Source: the human T2T-CHM13v2.0 reference genome, Homo sapiens. From it: 64,000 nt of DNA. Location of the stretch: assembly GCF_009914755.1 (NCBI RefSeq), contig NC_060930.1. One strand, given 5' to 3'. A program made the translations under genes and the position numbers. The notes beneath the pieces are model-generated. The model was given only the letters and a program-made list of their open reading frames with translations. It did no database searches and was not told the DNA's origin. This document shows, piece after piece, positions 62,969-64,000 of this stretch (position 1 is the first letter of the stretch; every line of letters starts with the position of its first letter).

Positions 62969-63479
62969 TGGGGCAGCAATCCTCTCCAGGGGGCACCAGC
63001 TGCAGAGAGTCTGTCCCTTGCAGACCCCTGACCCAGCAACGGATGAATAAAAGTACACTGACACACAGATACTCTGCTTTGCCAGTCCAGCTGTGTGGGA
63101 GCCGCTTACAGACTCCCTGCTGAGTCGTGTAAACAGTTGCGACTCCACTCGCATTTATTCAGTAAGATTAATTAACAAAAGCTTGAGTCAACACCATTAG
63201 AGGGTAATTGACATTGTGGACTTCCCCAGTAAAAAGCACTTAAGCACCTGGTACATCAAAGGTTAGTCTTAAGATTATATGAGTAAACAAGCTAGGTAGG
63301 TAAACTACGCTGCCTTTCTTTATTACTATTTTAATTTGTTTAACTAAAGGTAAAGGGATCAGGCCGCCTTCAGCCAGATAAATTACCGAAGTTACACAAA
63401 CTTCTCAGTTTTCCAAGATTTGTGTCTATTTCTATAACTATCTCTAATATTTTTCCACCAGCCTGATTGAACCCCAGCA
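62969..63479 (-). mobile_element. ERVK-class solo LTR, LTR22B-like (HML-5)
   Basis: TG...CA ends; TTATGT repeated at 62963-62968 and 63480-63485; minus strand begins tgctggggttcaatcaggctggtggaaaaatattagag. Confidence 0.75.
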
Positions 63480-63691
63480 TTATGTAATTTCCAAGGATCA
63501 GATAACTTAAACTTATTTGCCATTTATATTATCTCTTGGTTTCTTTAGCCACTGGCAATCGTAACATAATTTCTTTTAAAAAAATTAATAATAAATCACT
63601 TTTAGAAATAGAATACAGTTTGATTACAGCATAGTTTATGTAAGGGACAACAACAGGAAGTAAGACTAGAAAAGTGTCTTAGGACCAAATG

Positions 63692-64000
63692 TGTCTTAGT
63701 CTGTTTGGGCTGCTATAAGAAAATACCTTAGACTGGGTGATTTATAAATAATACAAATTTAATTCTCACAGTTTTGGAGGCTGGGAAGTCCAAGATCCAG
63801 GCACTGATAGATTCAGCGTCTGGTCCGCTCCATAGATGGCGCCTTGTGCCTGTGTCCTCACATGGTAGAATGAGTAAAAGCAGGGAGGCGCCTCCCTTTA
63901 ATCTCTTTTATAAGGGCACTAATCCCATCGTGAGGGTGGAGGCCTTATGACTTAATCACTTCCCAAAGGCCCCACCTAATACCACCACCATGGGAACTAG
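63692..64000 (-). mobile_element. MaLR LTR (MLT1A0-like), cut by the window end
   Basis: tgtcttagtctgtttgggctgctataag...ggaggctgggaagtccaagatc. Confidence 0.78.

Overview
Primate genomic DNA, almost certainly human (it carries an AluYb-lineage insertion). The window lies inside the + strand gene TULP4 (tubby-like protein 4). Five internal coding exons are present: 8085-8213, 24748-24909, 44021-44201, 47159-47293 and 56589-56755. They splice in phase (0,0,1,1) and encode VVLVRWNEPY...IFTLDTLVQ, the WD40-repeat part of the protein, about residues 85-342 by my recollection of the protein. The rest is intron packed with repeats: about 45 Alu pieces, old and young L1 fragments, L2/MIR, 12 LTRs that all appear antisense to the gene, and DNA transposons (Tigger3b, MER2, MER58B, MER30). 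Three non-Alu 7SL-lineage retrocopies are also present: a 7SL pseudogene, a BC200 copy and an 82-nt snaR/ASR-like element. The most interesting structure is at the 5' edge of the 162-nt exon (24748). Its acceptor AG is followed directly by GTGAGT, so it can also read as a consensus 5' splice site, and joining to the previous exon rebuilds CAG|GTGAGTG. A second pyrimidine-rich acceptor sits exactly 36 nt upstream and would define a stop-containing micro-exon ending at that same site. This is a candidate recursive / dual-specificity / poison-exon splice switch; it is inferred from sequence only. Repeat family names are from memory of consensus sequences, not from a database run, and boundaries without a stated target-site duplication (TSD) are approximate. 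Nearly all ORFs in the supplied track are repeat-derived noise.
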